A stretch of DNA of 63,547 bases, counting the filler, from Octopus bimaculoides (lineage: Eukaryota): the NCBI RefSeq assembly GCF_001194135.2. It is 4 parts of 4 records of this genome, joined end to end, with 100 filler letters (N's around TTAATTAATTAA, not from the genome) between each part and the next. Parts side by side here need not be neighbours in the genome. Positions count along the whole stretch, not along the records: positions 1 to 25,160 come from NC_068984.1; 3 more parts are not named here. One strand, given 5' to 3'. The position numbers and the translations under genes are program-made. Below are positions 1 through 13,084 of this stretch, piece by piece (position 1 is the first letter of the stretch; each line of letters opens with the position of its first letter). The notes below the pieces were generated by a model, which saw only the letters and a list, made by a program, of their open reading frames with translations, ran no database searches and was not told where the DNA came from.

Positions 1-39
<39 letters not shown>

Positions 40-45
40 GCGCAT

Positions 46-192
46 GACGGGATTCTTTCAGTTTCCGTCTACCAAATCCACTCACAAGGCTTTAGTCGGC
101 GTGAGGCTATAGCAGAAGACACTTTCCCAGGATGCCACGCAGTGGGACTGAACCCGGGTCCGTGTAGTTGGGAAGTAAGCTTCTTACCACCC
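46..192 (-). mobile_element. tRNA-derived SINE, head/left half
   Basis: Reverse complement matches the SINE head seen at 18225 and 52755 (ggtaag..cttccc..ccgggttcagtcccactgcgtggca..gtggatttggtagacggaaactgaaagaa), next to (TA)n. Confidence 0.8.
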
Positions 193-682
193 ATGTTAAT
201 TTAGATATGAGCAAAAAAGTTAAGTAAACAGAAATGCTGCGAGGCAATATACTGAAAAAGAATTTGAACATTTCTCTGAAACTTATTCAATGAGTAAATG
301 GGCGGGTCAATGTCTTGCTAGAAATAGCAATTAAATCTCCTTCAAATCACCGTTAAAAGAGAGAGCACGTTGGAAAATAGTCCTATGGTCACGGCTGGAA
401 GGCGTTTGATGATAGATTGACTCGATCTACATAAACAACGTGGACTAAACAAGAACGAGTTGCCAGTCATACCGAGAGTTCTTTACAGACAAGCCATCAA
501 GACTAATTCAGACAAATTTACTTCCTCATACACAAATACTGTTGTCATAACAACAAAAACAATTTGTTTTGTTTCATTCAAGTGAAAGAATGGACAAAAA
601 ATGTGAATATCGAAATAACGAAAGAATTGCGCTCGTCCTCAAAAAGTTAATTAAAAAAAAACTATTATTGTTGTTTAGCTTA

Positions 683-1075
683 TGGCCAGCCAACCCTGAT
701 CAACCAGCGATCTACGATCAAAGGGCTTACACATCTGTGGTGATCCACTAAATTTTAGTGTTATCAATCCCCGTATCCTTCCATTTTTTTAAGTGGTAGA
801 GGATTTGAGAGAGCTCTGACTTATTTCTAGCAATTAAGGCGACCACGTAGACAACACAACAACGGATTGCTTTTATGTGGTCGTTTTGATCTATTGCAAA
901 TAACTATCAAACCACTCGCAAAAACACACCCTGCCACTTCGACCGTCTTCTAAAAAAGGACATACGGGGTGATGATATATATCCTGAATTCCTACACATT
1001 GGAAACAGGCGGAAGAGTCGCGGTTGGAATGAATGCCTTTTATTCTGCATACGCCATCAGGGCTGAACCTATAGT
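683..1075. repeat. Two degenerate copies of a short interspersed repeat in opposite orientation (about 683-850 + and 870-1075 -)
   Basis: Shared motifs cagcc..cctgat, ..aaggc..ttcca and ctagaaatagc/gctatttctag; related pieces also at about 300-425 and 56960-57110. Confidence 0.4.
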
Positions 1076-2877
1076 TTATGCATTAAATCACGTAGCGGTT
1101 TACTTCCGTGTTGGCTCAAAAGACATTTGTGTTGTAATTTGAATAGAGACAAAACTACGGGAAAAGAGCGCAGTCGACAAGAAATTCTGTGAAAATTATT
1201 TATTTATTGAAATAAATTTATTCACGAAAATACATTAGATTTGCATGTCGTCTACGTAAACGTGGGAAATGAAAAGTCTTCACAAAATCTATAAAGCCAA
1301 ATAGATTATTAGGTTTCAAGCATATATACATATTACTGAAAACATGTCGCATGTATGTGTGCTTTTAGATCCGTGTGTTTATGTATGTACGTGGGCGTGT
1401 AAGTGTGTGTGTTCATGTCTGTGTAGGTGCGTGAGCGTGTTTATGTCTGCATTTGTGTACATCCGTGTTTTGTGTGTCAGTACGTGTGCACATGTGTGTG
1501 TCTGTATGTTTGTTTAAATGTGTTTGGTTGTGTACATGTATGTGTGGGTATGTCTGAGCAAATAGCCTGTTGGTCTTATGCATACGTGCATCTCAGGTAA
1601 AATACATGTATATGTGCATTTGTAAAAGAAATAGTTTAACGAAACCCGGGAGTTGCTGCTTTAGTCCATACAAACTCAGGTTTTGTTTGAATAAACTTAT
1701 GTAATAGCCAAGACGTTCGAACCGTGACTATTTTTTCTTTGTTTTTATCACCCCAATTTTTATTTTAAATATCTGTGAGGTACTCCCAGTACCTTTTCCA
1801 ACATATCGTTTCTGAAGTTGGTACGGTATGCTTTAAGGTAGATTTTATTTGCTACTGGAGGGCCGCGCCACCACCACGTAGATGCACCTTTGCTTGTCAG
1901 ACTTATAGGGACTCCAACCATAACCATCCAGTAATATATTTTTCAAGCAGGAAACTATTTTTTTGAGACAGTACAGTGTAATCAGGGTGTCATTAGCCTG
2001 TTCTTTCTAGAAGTCCAACCATGACCATCTCGTCTTTTTTCGATGTTTCTCGGACTACCATACCCAATGTGTCCTTCCATTTCCAGTAAGGTTGAGCGGC
2101 CACACAGATGTAGTTCCTTCTATTAAATGTTTATTCTCTACAAGGGCTGGATAATCGAAATGTCTATCTAAGATAATGATAAATATATACGGCTTTGGGG
2201 TATAATGGTCGTTGAGAGTATAAGCAATTATGGATATGGAAATATCAGTTCCATGTAATATGTATATTATGTATGAGAAGGTTTGTTCATGCATGTGTGA
2301 GCGAAATATGTGGTAATCGATGAGGAGAGATGGATGATGTAAGGGAGGAAAATGCCAGGGACTCAACCAGCCAACATGCATGGGTAGCAAGTGAAAAGGC
2401 TTCTCTGGGGAATTTATCAATGTAGATATAAGCGTAGACACGGCGAATCGATCGATAATGGACAGCTTCGAGAGAGAGAGACAGAGAGAAGAACAACAAG
2501 GGGTATAGAGAGAAAGAATAAAACAGAGGAAGACAAACAGTTAGACAGTGAAAGTTTCAGAATAAAATAATGAAATTCAACAGGATATAAAGGCATATAT
2601 ATATATGTGTGTATGTATATATACGCACAGGTGTATGTATATACAGATGTTCATGTGTGTGTATACAAAGGTATATGTATATATATACCCATATACAAAC
2701 GTGTGTATCTATCTACATGTACTTGTTATGAGGTACGTGGGAAAACAATGTACATGTGTACATACATACACATTGTCACACATGCACGTGCGTATGTATA
2801 TATACAATATATACATCTGAGTTTACGAGAATATATACATACATGTCGAAATGGAAATATTCTCAGCAAAATCTTAC

Positions 2878-3713
2878 CTGTAGTAATTTGTAGCATGTTC
2901 TCCTCATCTTTCTTGGAGAACGATGAGGTCGGTGTTGACGACGATGACGGTGATGATGATGATGTTGACGATGGCGATGATGATGATGATGATGATGATT
3001 CTTCTACTGCTGCCCCAACCTTGTCGACGATTTTCCCTTCTTCTTCTTCTACCTCTTCGTCTTTCTCTAATTTCTGTAGTTTCTCCATCGCTTCATCTTC
3101 CATCTCCACCTTTTCGTTCAGAGTTTCCTCCATGTGCTGCTGTTGTTGTTGTTCACCTTCTTGTTGCAATCCTTTAACACGGACACGGGTTAAAGTGTCA
3201 CCGCCGCCGCTTCCACCACCACCACTACCGCCACCGTCGTCACCATCACCACCGCCGCCGCTATTGCCGAAGCTGTCCCCACCACCACCACCACTTCTGC
3301 TTTCGCCAGTGCATTGTTCATTGGCTTGCTGTGACTGTTGTTGCTGATGATGACGATGCTGCTGATGCTGCTGACGATGACGATGATGATGATGATGATG
3401 CTCCTGCTCCAGCTTTTCCTCGTGTTGTTGTTGCTGCTGCTGCTGCTGTGGAAGCTGGTTCTCCGTATCCTCCTCCTCCTCCTCCCCCACCACCTCCGCC
3501 TCTCTCGAGACCATAATCTTCTCTCTTTTCTCTTCCTCCTGCTGCTGCTGCTGCTCTTCCTCGTCGTGGCGGCGGCGGCGGTGGAGGTCCAGATTTCCTT
3601 CAGTACAAACAACTCCGTTATTATTATTACTGGTAGTAGTAGTAGTAATAATAGTAGTAGTAGCAGCAGTAGTAGTAATAATATTGGTAGTAGTATTATT
3701 AGCAGTCGTAGTC

Positions 3714-3745
<32 letters not shown>

Positions 3746-3988
3746 GTTATAATTATTATTATTATTAATATTACTGTTCACGTTGTGGTCGTCGTCATTA
3801 TAATTATGATTGATATTATTATTAAAACAATGAGCCACTGGTTTGCTATCTGAATGTTCAGGACACTTACTGTGTTTGAGATGTTCCGACCATAAATGTC
3901 CAAGAGGTGTCCGCCGTTCATCCGAGTCCATACGAGGCCGTTTCGGCGAAAACGTCGCCACACCATCGTCGCTGTTTTGAGCAGCCAT
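2878..3988 (-). CDS. First coding exon (370 codons + 1 nt, phase-1 donor) of an unidentified gene; low-complexity N-terminus with poly-N/T/Q/E/H/G/S runs
   Basis: ATG in strong context (caaacATGG). Open for >1.1 kb. Non-repetitive start MAAQNSDDGVATFSPKRPRMDSDE has an NLS-like KRPR. Canonical donor CAG|GTAAGA at 2878/2877, after which the ORF runs into TA/CA microsatellite. Confidence 0.8.
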
Positions 3989-4050
3989 GTTTGGTCTTTA
4001 TTCCTCTCTGGCTGGCTGGCTGGCCGTGCAGTGCGCATGTGCGAAAAAAA
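3980..4050 (-). promoter_or_regulatory. Putative housekeeping-type promoter/5' UTR: NRF1-like CGCACATGCGCA and YY1-like AACATGGC over the start codon
   Basis: gtgcgcatgtgcg at about 4032-4044, around 45 nt upstream of the ATG; aaacATGGCTG overlaps the ATG. Motif match only. Confidence 0.4.
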
Positions 4051-4077
4051 AAAATGCCTTAGCCTTAGATGATGTAG

Positions 4078-4277
4078 GCTTCTCTCTCTCTCTCTCTCTG
4101 ATTGAGAGACTGCTTTCTACCTCACTACTTGCTTTCTACCTTTCTCTTTTTTATGCTCTTTACTCACTCTTTACTTTATTCTATCTTCCTCTCTCTCTCT
4201 CTCTCTGTCCTTGTTTCATATTCGTTTTCTTTTCTATTCTACCCGAATCTATCTATCTATCTATCTGTCTGTCTCTC

Positions 4278-4367
<90 letters not shown>

Positions 4368-4975
4368 CCATTGTTTCTCTGTATATCTGTCTTTTATTAC
4401 CTCTCTTTTTCTCTCCGTCCCTGCATTCTCTCTCTCCTTTTCTGTGTCTCTCTCTCTCACTCCGCCATTCTCTTACTCTCTCATTTTTCTCTGTTTCTTT
4501 CTCTCTGTCTCTCTTTATTCTTATTCTTAATTCTTCTCTGTCCCTATTACTCGTTCTCCCTCTTTTCAGTCTCATACTCGCTCTCTTTTACTCTCAATCA
4601 CTTATTATATTCTCTCTTTCATTTTCTTACTCAGTCTTTTGCTCTGTCCCGCGCGCGCTCTCTCTCTCTGTTTCTTTTGCATAGTATCATTCTCTTTCTC
4701 CCTATCTTTCTCTCTATATATCACTCATTCCTTTTTATCTGGCTTTTCTTTCTCGTTTGGCACTTCTTTATTCTCTCTCTCTCTAGTCTCTATACTTCTA
4801 ATACTTTTTCTTTTATTCGCTCTAACTTTTTCCTCACACTTCTTTACTAAAAGTGTCTATCTATTTCTCTCCCTCTCTCCCACTCTCTCTCTCTTTCATA
4901 TTCATTTTTCCTTGCTCTGTTTCTCTCTTCTGTCTCTCTTTTCTCTTTTTTCTCTTATCGTTTTGTCTTCTCTTT
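4078..4975. repeat. CT-rich/(CT)n/(TA)n low-complexity tract
   Basis: Directly visible; it generates the spurious SLSL/ERER ORFs. Confidence 0.9.
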
Positions 4976-5014
4976 CTACTGACGCAGAAGCATCTAACAT
5001 AAAAGAATATGTAA

Positions 5015-5083
5015 TAAAAACATAAATAAAATATTTACATGTAAAACATAAATAAAATATTTACATGTAAAACATAAATAAAA
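5015..5083. repeat. 26-bp tandem repeat, about 2.6 copies
   Basis: Unit gtaaaacataaataaaatatttacat. Confidence 0.85.
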
Positions 5084-5259
5084 ACATACATGTACATGTG
5101 TATACACATTAATATGCACACCCATATACATACATGAATATATGTATGTATTCGACTTTAATATAATGCATACATAAGCGCACATACGAAAATTAGAAAC
5201 GCACGTGCAGACGTATACATTGAACAGACGCGCACCCACAAATATACATAAACAGAGAC

Positions 5260-5292
<33 letters not shown>

Positions 5293-6879
5293 CATACATA
5301 CATACATTACATACTCGCACACGTAAAACATGCGCACGCATATAATATGCATAGAAGCATGAAGCCAAAAGCAGACATGCATACACACACACATACACAC
5401 AGGTAAACGTATACACACACACATAAATATCTATATACTATATATATAGATATATATATATATATACGGATGTACGTTCATACATGTATAGATGTATGCA
5501 TGTGAACTTGCACGTATCCATACGCATTCATATAGTCATTCATAAACATGTGTGCGTGTGTTTGCATTTGGGTATGTGTGTGTGTGGAGAGAGAGGGGGG
5601 AGATTCATTTGCATCCAGACACATACATATATACATGTATACATATGTATATATATGTATATTCGTGCATGTGCGTACATAGACATGTATATGTGTGTGT
5701 ACATACATGTATGTGTTTGTAGGCACACACACATGTATCTACAAACATGTGTGTACATAGACATGTATATGTGTGCGTACATGCATGTATGTGTTTGTAG
5801 GCACACACACACACATGTATGTACATACAAACGTGTATGTATGTGTGTGCATATATATACATTCATATATATATATATATATATANNNNNNNNNNNNNNN
5901 NNNNNNNNNNNNNNNNNNNNNNNNNNNNNNNNNNNNNNNNNNNNNNNNNNNNNNNNNNNNNNNNNNNNNNNNNNNNNNNNNNNNNNNNNNNNNNNNNNNN
6001 NNNNNNNNNNNNNNNNNNNNNNNNNNNNNNNNNNNNNNNNNNNNNNNNNNNNNNNNNNNNNNNNNNNNNNNNNNNNNNNNNNNNNNNNNNNNNNNNNNNN
6101 NNNNNNNNNNNNNNNNNNNNNNNNNNNNNNNNNNNNNNNNNNNNNNNNNNNNNNNNNNNNNNNNNNNNNNNNNNNNNNNNNNNNNNNNNNNNNNNNNNNN
6201 NNNNNNNNNNNNNNNNNNNNNNNNNNNNNNNNNNNNNNNNNNNNNNNNNNNNNNNNNNNNNNNNNNNNNNNNNNNNNNNNNNNNNNNNNNNNNNNNNNNN
6301 NNNNNNNNNNNNNNNNNNNNNNNNNNNNNNNNNNNNNNNNNNNNNNNNNNNNNNNNNNNNNNNNNNNNNNNNNNNNNNNNNNNNNNNNNNNNNNNNNNNN
6401 NNNNNNNNNNNNNNNNNNNNNNNNNNNNNNNNNNNNNNNNNNNNNNNNNNNNNNNNNNNNNNNNNNNNNNNNNNNNNNNNNNNNNNNNNNNNNNNNNNNN
6501 NNNNNNNNNAGTCAGACAGTCATATCTCTTCTCTCTCCTTCTTTCCTTTCTTACCCAAACTACAACCTACAACTGAGGCAAATTACACTCAACCATAAGC
6601 TACAGCGCCAACAACATTCCCTACTTCGTCTCACTCTTCCACTAATTCCTGCAATTGTCTCTCTATCTTTCCTCTATGCATGTATGTATACATATACACA
6701 GATACACATGCTTTCTATCAATATCTGTCTGTTTTATTCTTCTTTTTTTTCTTCTCTCTATCTCGTCTCTTTCATTCTTCACTTTCATTTTATTGAAATT
6801 TCTTTTTGTTTTACCATAAATATTATTCCGTATATCTTTTTTGTCTATCTGTCTGTGTATCTGTCTATATATATATTTA

Positions 6880-7016
6880 TTTAGCTATCTATCGATCTAT
6901 CGTCTATCGATCTATCTATCTTTTTTAACTATACTTGTCCAAGTATGTGTCTAAGAATCTATGCACATACATAGATAGATTGATAGATAGATAGATAGAT
7001 AGATAGACAGATAGAC

Positions 7017-7060
<44 letters not shown>

Positions 7061-7432
7061 CAATAGATAGATAGACATTATAATGTATTTAATGTTGTAA
7101 TTATGTGTGTGTGTATATATACATTATATCTTTCGATATAATGTATATATTGTAATATATATACCTTCTAATGTAAAATATATGTAATCTATATGTGTGT
7201 ATATATAACCAGTATGTATATGTGTACATAAAACTCCTCGTTCTTTCTTTCGCTCTTTCTCGCCCATTCTCTCTCAACTTTTCTATCATTTTCTCTTTAA
7301 TTCCGTGTTCAATTCAACTACAACTTCTCGCTATCATGTCAGTATCTGTCCGGCTATCACTCTTCTCTCTCTTTTATACCCTCTCATTTTTTCACTCTTT
7401 TTCTGATTTCTATTTTCTCCAGTCTCTCTCAT

Positions 7433-7479
<47 letters not shown>

Positions 7480-7523
7480 GTTTGTCTATCTATCTATCTA
7501 TCTGTTTATCCTATCTATCTATC

Positions 7524-7557
<34 letters not shown>

Positions 7558-7576
7558 GTTTGTCTATCTATCTATC

Positions 7577-7610
<34 letters not shown>

Positions 7611-7830
7611 GTTTGTCTATCTATCTATCTATCTATCTTATCTATCTATCTATCTACCTACCTATCTATCTATTTCTATCTACCTACCTATCTATCTATT
7701 TCTATCTATCTATCTATCTGTTTATCCTATCTATCTATCTATCTTATCTATCTATCTATCTATCTGTTTGTCTATCTATCTTATCTACCTATCTATCTAT
7801 TTCTATCTATCTATCTATCTATCTATCTAT
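6880..7830. repeat. (CTAT)n/(GATA)n microsatellite arrays
   Basis: Directly visible at about 6880-7075 and 7430-7830. Confidence 0.9.
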
Positions 7831-8006
7831 CACTATTCTCATTCACTTTTGCCTTTTCCCACCACAAATTCCTTTCTGACGATGTTCATCTCTTCTCTCT
7901 TTCTGTCTGTCTCTCTATCCTTTAATTAAATCACTTTCGCTGTTCAATTTAATTACAACTTTTCTTTTCCTATCATTTTTTTTCACCACCCATATTCTTT
8001 TTACCG

Positions 8007-8097
<91 letters not shown>

Positions 8098-8585
8098 ACC
8101 CCCAATACATACACACGCACATTGCCCCCTACTCTTGTACATGCTCATCCATATCAAGACTATTTTACTGTATGCTTAAATGAATACTATCAATAACCAT
8201 ATATATTTACTTTGATGTTACTCACCGTTCATTGTATATCTATTACAGACCTCTCACTTTAAATCTTGTATTTTTTTTTAAGTCTGCATTACTCTCTTTT
8301 TCTCTCACCCTACTCACCTTTTCTCTTTCTTCTTTCTTTTTCTTTCTCTCCATACCTCTATCTCTTAATCTATCTACCCATTTATGTATCTATCTATCTA
8401 TCTTTCTTTTTTTCATTTCGACCTCTCTTTTTGTCGTTTTCTCTTTTCTCTTAAATTCTAATTTAGTCTCCTTTTCCTACACTGTCCCTCTCTTTCTCTC
8501 TATAAGTATAAATGAGTGTCTATGCATGTGTGTATGCGTATATATATATATATATAATATAGGATAAATTCTTTATAAGAATTTA

Positions 8586-8775
8586 TCATATATATATATA
8601 TATATATATGAATGTGTATATACATATGTATGTGTGTATGTATATATATATATATATATATATGAATGTGTATATACATATGTATGTGTGTATGTATATA
8701 TATATATATATATATATGAATGTGTATATACATATGTATGTGTGTATGTATATATATATATGAATGTGTATATGT
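8586..8775. repeat. About 54-bp compound TA/TG minisatellite, 3-4 copies
   Basis: Repeated (ta)n-tgaatgtgtatatacatatgtatgtgtgtatg. Confidence 0.8.
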
Positions 8776-8784
8776 GTGTGTAGG

Positions 8785-8819
<35 letters not shown>

Positions 8820-9355
8820 AAATACACACACACACACAACGTTTCTCTTCGCTCACAGCCGTGACTTTGCATTGTGGACAATAGTAAATAACAAAAAAAT
8901 GGGTGTGCAATGCATACAAAGGACAACAGTTCTGAGTGCATTGATAAATGCATGAATACACAGTGCGTGGGTTTATTAATTGTTAAATTGACAAGCATGA
9001 CTCTACCAGTAAACAATAAACTGGCACGTATTTTAGATATTACATGCATACATAAAGGCATTCCTATAGAATAGAGTCGGAAATTTATCAAGTGCGCTAA
9101 AACTTCAAATTTTCGTGTTTTAAGTATAGCAAATTACGAGTCTTTCACCAAAAAACAAAAGAAAAAAGATACTGCTTCCCCCAATTTACCTGGGGTTTTT
9201 TTTTTGTTTTTGTTTTTGCGTATTTCGTAAACTTCTTTACAGATCTATATTTAAAACATCTGAAATTATAATTTTTTCAAAGTTAATTCAAATCTGAAAT
9301 TATAATTTTTTCAAAGGTAATTCAAACTTTATTTTTTTTTTTCATTTTTGGCGCC

Positions 9356-9402
<47 letters not shown>

Positions 9403-9569
9403 TTATCTCTCTCACTCTCTCTCCATCTCTCTCTCTCTCTTTCTCTCTCTGTAATTTTATCATTTTACTTATTTCGAAATTCCTTTCAGATTTATATTTT
9501 TTAAGCATGGGATGTTACACCCCTCTTGCATGTCCTCATCAACAGGGTTCTCCACAACACAACTGAACC

Positions 9570-10150
9570 TACTCTAATCAGTGAGCACTAGGTGGCCCTA
9601 CACAGCATTGAGCCAGCTCAGCCTCCATCCTGCAGATGTCCATCTCTCTCTCCTCTCTCTGGATATCCAGTTTCCCCAAAACAAATGGAATGCCATCCAG
9701 TGCAGCATGATCTCGGACAAATTGATGCAATGACTTGACCAGCACCATCTGGCATGTTTCTGCTTGGCTCCTAGCCCCATAAGCAGTGACTGAATCAACA
9801 CAGTGTCATCATCACTCTTGACCGGCACTCAGCTTGATAATAACAGTTTGTGCATTGGCTCCAGATCTGTAAGCCTCACAAATGCTACTGTGGATCCATT
9901 GTTGATTCTTTCAGCCTCCAACCATTGTCATACCATTATAGTGCTGGGCGCCTTCTACACCGTGCTACTCTCAATAACATCATAAAGCATGGCCTATGTG
10001 TGTCACAGGCCTCCCTTGTGCCAGTAGGTTAGACCAAGGGGACAGTAAAAGGCCTGGTGGTATGACAATTTTCCCATTCCATAGTGGTTGGCCCCTCATC
10101 TGGGATGTCACATGCTGTGACACCTTCTCCAGCAGCCACTTGGTGTGTTT
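9570..10150 (+). mobile_element. CRE-like non-LTR retrotransposon relic: zinc knuckle + restriction-like endonuclease
   Basis: Frameshift-joined translation LDNNSLCIG..QICKPHKCYCGSIVDSFSL..SAGRLLHRATLNNIIK..LDQGDSKRPGGMTIFPFHSGWPLIWDVTCCDTFS matches the CxC..H..C / RPDG / WD.TC.DT pattern of CRE-type RLE elements. Contains stops and frameshifts. Confidence 0.7.
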
Positions 10151-10178
10151 AGCTACTCATGTTATATTTATTTGAAAT

Positions 10179-11280
10179 TTAATCATCAACGTACTTTCCC
10201 TCATTATCTATGACTTCCTTCCATCTATTTACAAGCTTTTTAATCCCATCAATGTAAAACTCTTTTGGTTTCAAAGCAAAGAACTCTGAAATGTCAGTTT
10301 CAACCTCCTTCTGGCTTGCGAAAGTTATTTTCCCCAAATGATTCTGTAAACTACGAAACAAATGGTAGTCTGAAGGAGCAGGGTTGGAAGAATAAGGTGG
10401 ATGAGGAATTTTTTCCCAACCANNNNNNNNNNNNNNNNNNNNNNNNNNNNNNNNNNNNNNNNNNNNNNNNNNNNNNNNNNNNNNNNNNNNNNNNNNNNNN
10501 NNNNNNNNNNNNNNNNNNNNNNNNNNNNNNNNNNNNNNNNNNNNNNNNNNNNNNNNNNNNNNNNNNNNNNNNNNNNNNNNNNNNNNNNNNNNNNNNNNNN
10601 NNNNNNNNNNNNNNNNNNNNNNNNNNNNNNNNNNNNNNNNNNNNNNNNNNNNNNNNNNNNNNNNNNNNNNNNNNNNNNNNNNNNNNNNNNNNNNNNNNNN
10701 NNNNNNNNNNNNNNNNNNNNNNNNNNNNNNNNNNNNNNNNNNNNNNNNNNNNNNNNNNNNNNNNNNNNNNNNNNNNNNNNNNNNNNNNNNNNNNNNNNNN
10801 NNNNNNNNNNNNNNNNNNNNNNNNNNNNNNNNNNNNNNNNNNNNNNNNNNNNNNNNNNNNNNNNNNNNNNNNNNNNNNNNNNNNNNNNNNNNNNNNNNNN
10901 NNNNNNNNNNNNNNNNNNNNNNNNNNNNNNNNNNNNNNNNNNNNNNNNNNNNNNNNNNNNNNNNNNNNNNNNNNNNNNNNNNNNNNNNNNNNNNNNNNNN
11001 NNNNNNNGCCAATTCTTCAACTGATAATGCAGGATTTTCTTCAAGTAATGCCTCAAGGAGCTTATCATCAAACTCAACTGGACATCCTGTTCGATCTTCA
11101 TCTTCAAGGCTGAAATCGCCACTTCTGAATTTTGCAACCCATCTTCTGCAAGTTCTTTCATTCAAGCATTCTTTCCCATAAACTGAGTGTATGTTTCAAG
11201 TCACTCTGGCTGCAGAGTTTCCTTTTTTGTACTCATAAAGCATTATGTGCCTCAGATGCTGTGTGGATACTTCCTTGTTA
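10179..11280 (-). mobile_element. Mariner (DD34D-type) transposase pseudogene, middle lost in a gap
   Basis: HIMLYEYKKGNSAA..ERTCRRWVAKFRSGDFSLED (HTH) and HPPYSSNPAPSDYHLFRSLQN..GIKKLVNRWKEVIDNEGKY. In-frame TGA near the N-terminus. Confidence 0.92.
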
Positions 11281-11429
11281 GAAAGGGTTTTAAGCAAAGA
11301 AATTATAATTCTATTATTCTGTAAAATAATATTCAATTAGTTTAAATGTACACAAATGCATAAAAATAATTTTTAATTCCATTAGATATTCTAAAACAAT
11401 AAACCTGTTTCTCCCATCATATTTTAACT

Positions 11430-11574
11430 TAGTCATGGGCAAATTATGTCCTATGGGACTTTCTGAATGGTACACCTAGATAAAGGATCTTGAATTTTTT
11501 TTAGTAATGTGGCCTGCCTAATGATGACCTATATCTTATGCAGACTGCTTCTTGAAAACGGTTGTCCGTGACTG
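11430..11574. mobile_element. Degenerate hAT-type MITE (145 bp)
   Basis: Imperfect TIRs tagtcatgggcaa / ttgtccgtgactg; 8-bp flanks ttttaact / tttttact. Confidence 0.55.
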
Positions 11575-11649
11575 TTTTTACTTTTTAACACCACCCCAAA
11601 AATCAACATCCACTCTTATGAGATATGAGAGCGCTTAACCCTAGCAAAT

Positions 11650-11830
11650 TACAAGACAGCTTTACTAGTGCTGGTACCACAGGAGAAAAAGCACCCAGGG
11701 CACTTTGGAAGGTAGTTGGCATTAGGAAGGGCATCCAGCCATAAACACCATACCATGTCGAAATTGAGACAGTGGAGTTGGACAACTTCCACCAATTTCT
11801 TGGATATTATAAAACCATCCGCCCAGCATT
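11650..11830 (+). mobile_element. SINE/LINE-tail fragment with V-domain-like motif
   Basis: gttggcattaggaagggcatccagcc, also present at 16170-16200 in the RTE 3' region. Confidence 0.5.
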
Positions 11831-12074
11831 GAAGCAGGCAAAAAATTATGGAGATGACAATGATGATGATGGTGATGAACATAAAGTATGATAGACATAG
11901 GGTGGAGAAGCATGAATATCATAATAAACTTTAATATTTACATCTTGTTGGTTGACTATAACACCATTATTTAGAAAATAAGAATGGAAAGTATGCTGAG
12001 AATTTGCTAGTTTAAGGAAGTTAAGAAGCAATGTAAATAGGTATAAAAAATTAGAAGAATATATCTTTTATCTT

Positions 12075-12418
12075 TTATTTGTTTCAGTCATTAGACTGCA
12101 GCCATGCTGAGGCAGTCTCTTTTACTGAACTGCTAAGTTACAAGGACATAAACACACACATACACAGATATTTATATACAATGAGCTTCTTTCAGTCTCC
12201 ATCAACCAAACACATATACAAAGACATACACATACACAGATATTTATATACAATGAGCTTCTTTCAGTTTCCATGTACCAAATCCATTCACAAGGCTTTG
12301 GTCAGCCTGGGGCAATGGTAAAAGACTCTTACCCAAGGTGTCACCCAGTGGGACTGAACCTGGAACCATGTGCTTGGGAAGCAAACTTCTTACCACACAG
12401 CCATGCCTGTGCCTATAT
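12075..12418 (-). mobile_element. tRNA-derived SINE with an internal tandem duplication
   Basis: Tail (tttgtttcagtcatt..gcagccatgctg) and head (gggactgaacctggaaccatg..cacacagcc) are both present; acatacacagatatttatatacaatgagcttctttcagt occurs twice. Confidence 0.8.
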
Positions 12419-12479
12419 ATAAGATATTTATATAAAAATGAATATAAAATAGTAGAAAAAAATTGTAACTGTAGGTGCA

Positions 12480-13030
12480 TAAAAAAAAATCAAATTAGGG
12501 GAAAATTAATAATTCAAAAATCTAAAATATTTTTAAAAGATAACTTTCTGAATCTAGTGTCTGGATGCAAAGAGCTCATATATTAAGAAAAATTCCTGAA
12601 GTCATTTGTTTGGAGATATATAATTAGTTACATAGTAAATATTCTGAAGCATTTAAAAGCCCAACATCTATGACCTTTATTTAAACCATGCAAATCTTGA
12701 AACAAAATGAGAAAGTTCTTATTTATCACATTGATTCATGTAAAAGGCCAATGGCTCCTTACATAGATGACAGTCTTTTAGTCTCATACAATATGAACAT
12801 GAATGACATAGATTCAGAGAAGAGCTTGTAAAAATTATTTAGAGAAATAGGTCAATAAATTACAATTCAAATTAATGTTAGTACACTTTAATTTCCTGGA
12901 TATCAACTTCACTTTAGATACAAATAAATGTTGCCCTTACCAAAAACTTAATGAAAGATTATTTTACATTAGTGCATCTCATTATTATAATGAGACAGTT
13001 TTTCATTTAATATAAACAACTCAATCTAAT
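12480..13030 (+). mobile_element. Heavily decayed Naiad-type Penelope-like RT fragment
   Basis: APYIDDSLL..KLFREIG..ITIQIN..NFLDINFTLDTNKCCPYQKLNERLFYI resembles YRDDGL..NFLDVT..PY.KPN..YI. Confidence 0.5.
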
Positions 13031-13084
13031 ATTGCAAGTACTGTAAAAATAGACATTTATTATAATTATCGTGACTATTACTAT

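Noticed and set aside
1775-2441. ORFs at 2055-2441 and 1775-1966 as exon 2 of the left gene
   Set aside because: No recognisable domain, stops in the continuing frames, and overlap with interspersed-repeat fragments.
2607-3853. Plus-strand ORFs of 246 and 171 aa over the low-complexity exon
   Set aside because: Antisense shadows of trinucleotide repeats; the start context and splice donor support the minus strand.
3900-3988. Naming the gene from the SPKRPRMD start and acidic tracts (for example a sirtuin-1-like N-terminus)
   Set aside because: No conserved domain lies in the window; the resemblance is only compositional.
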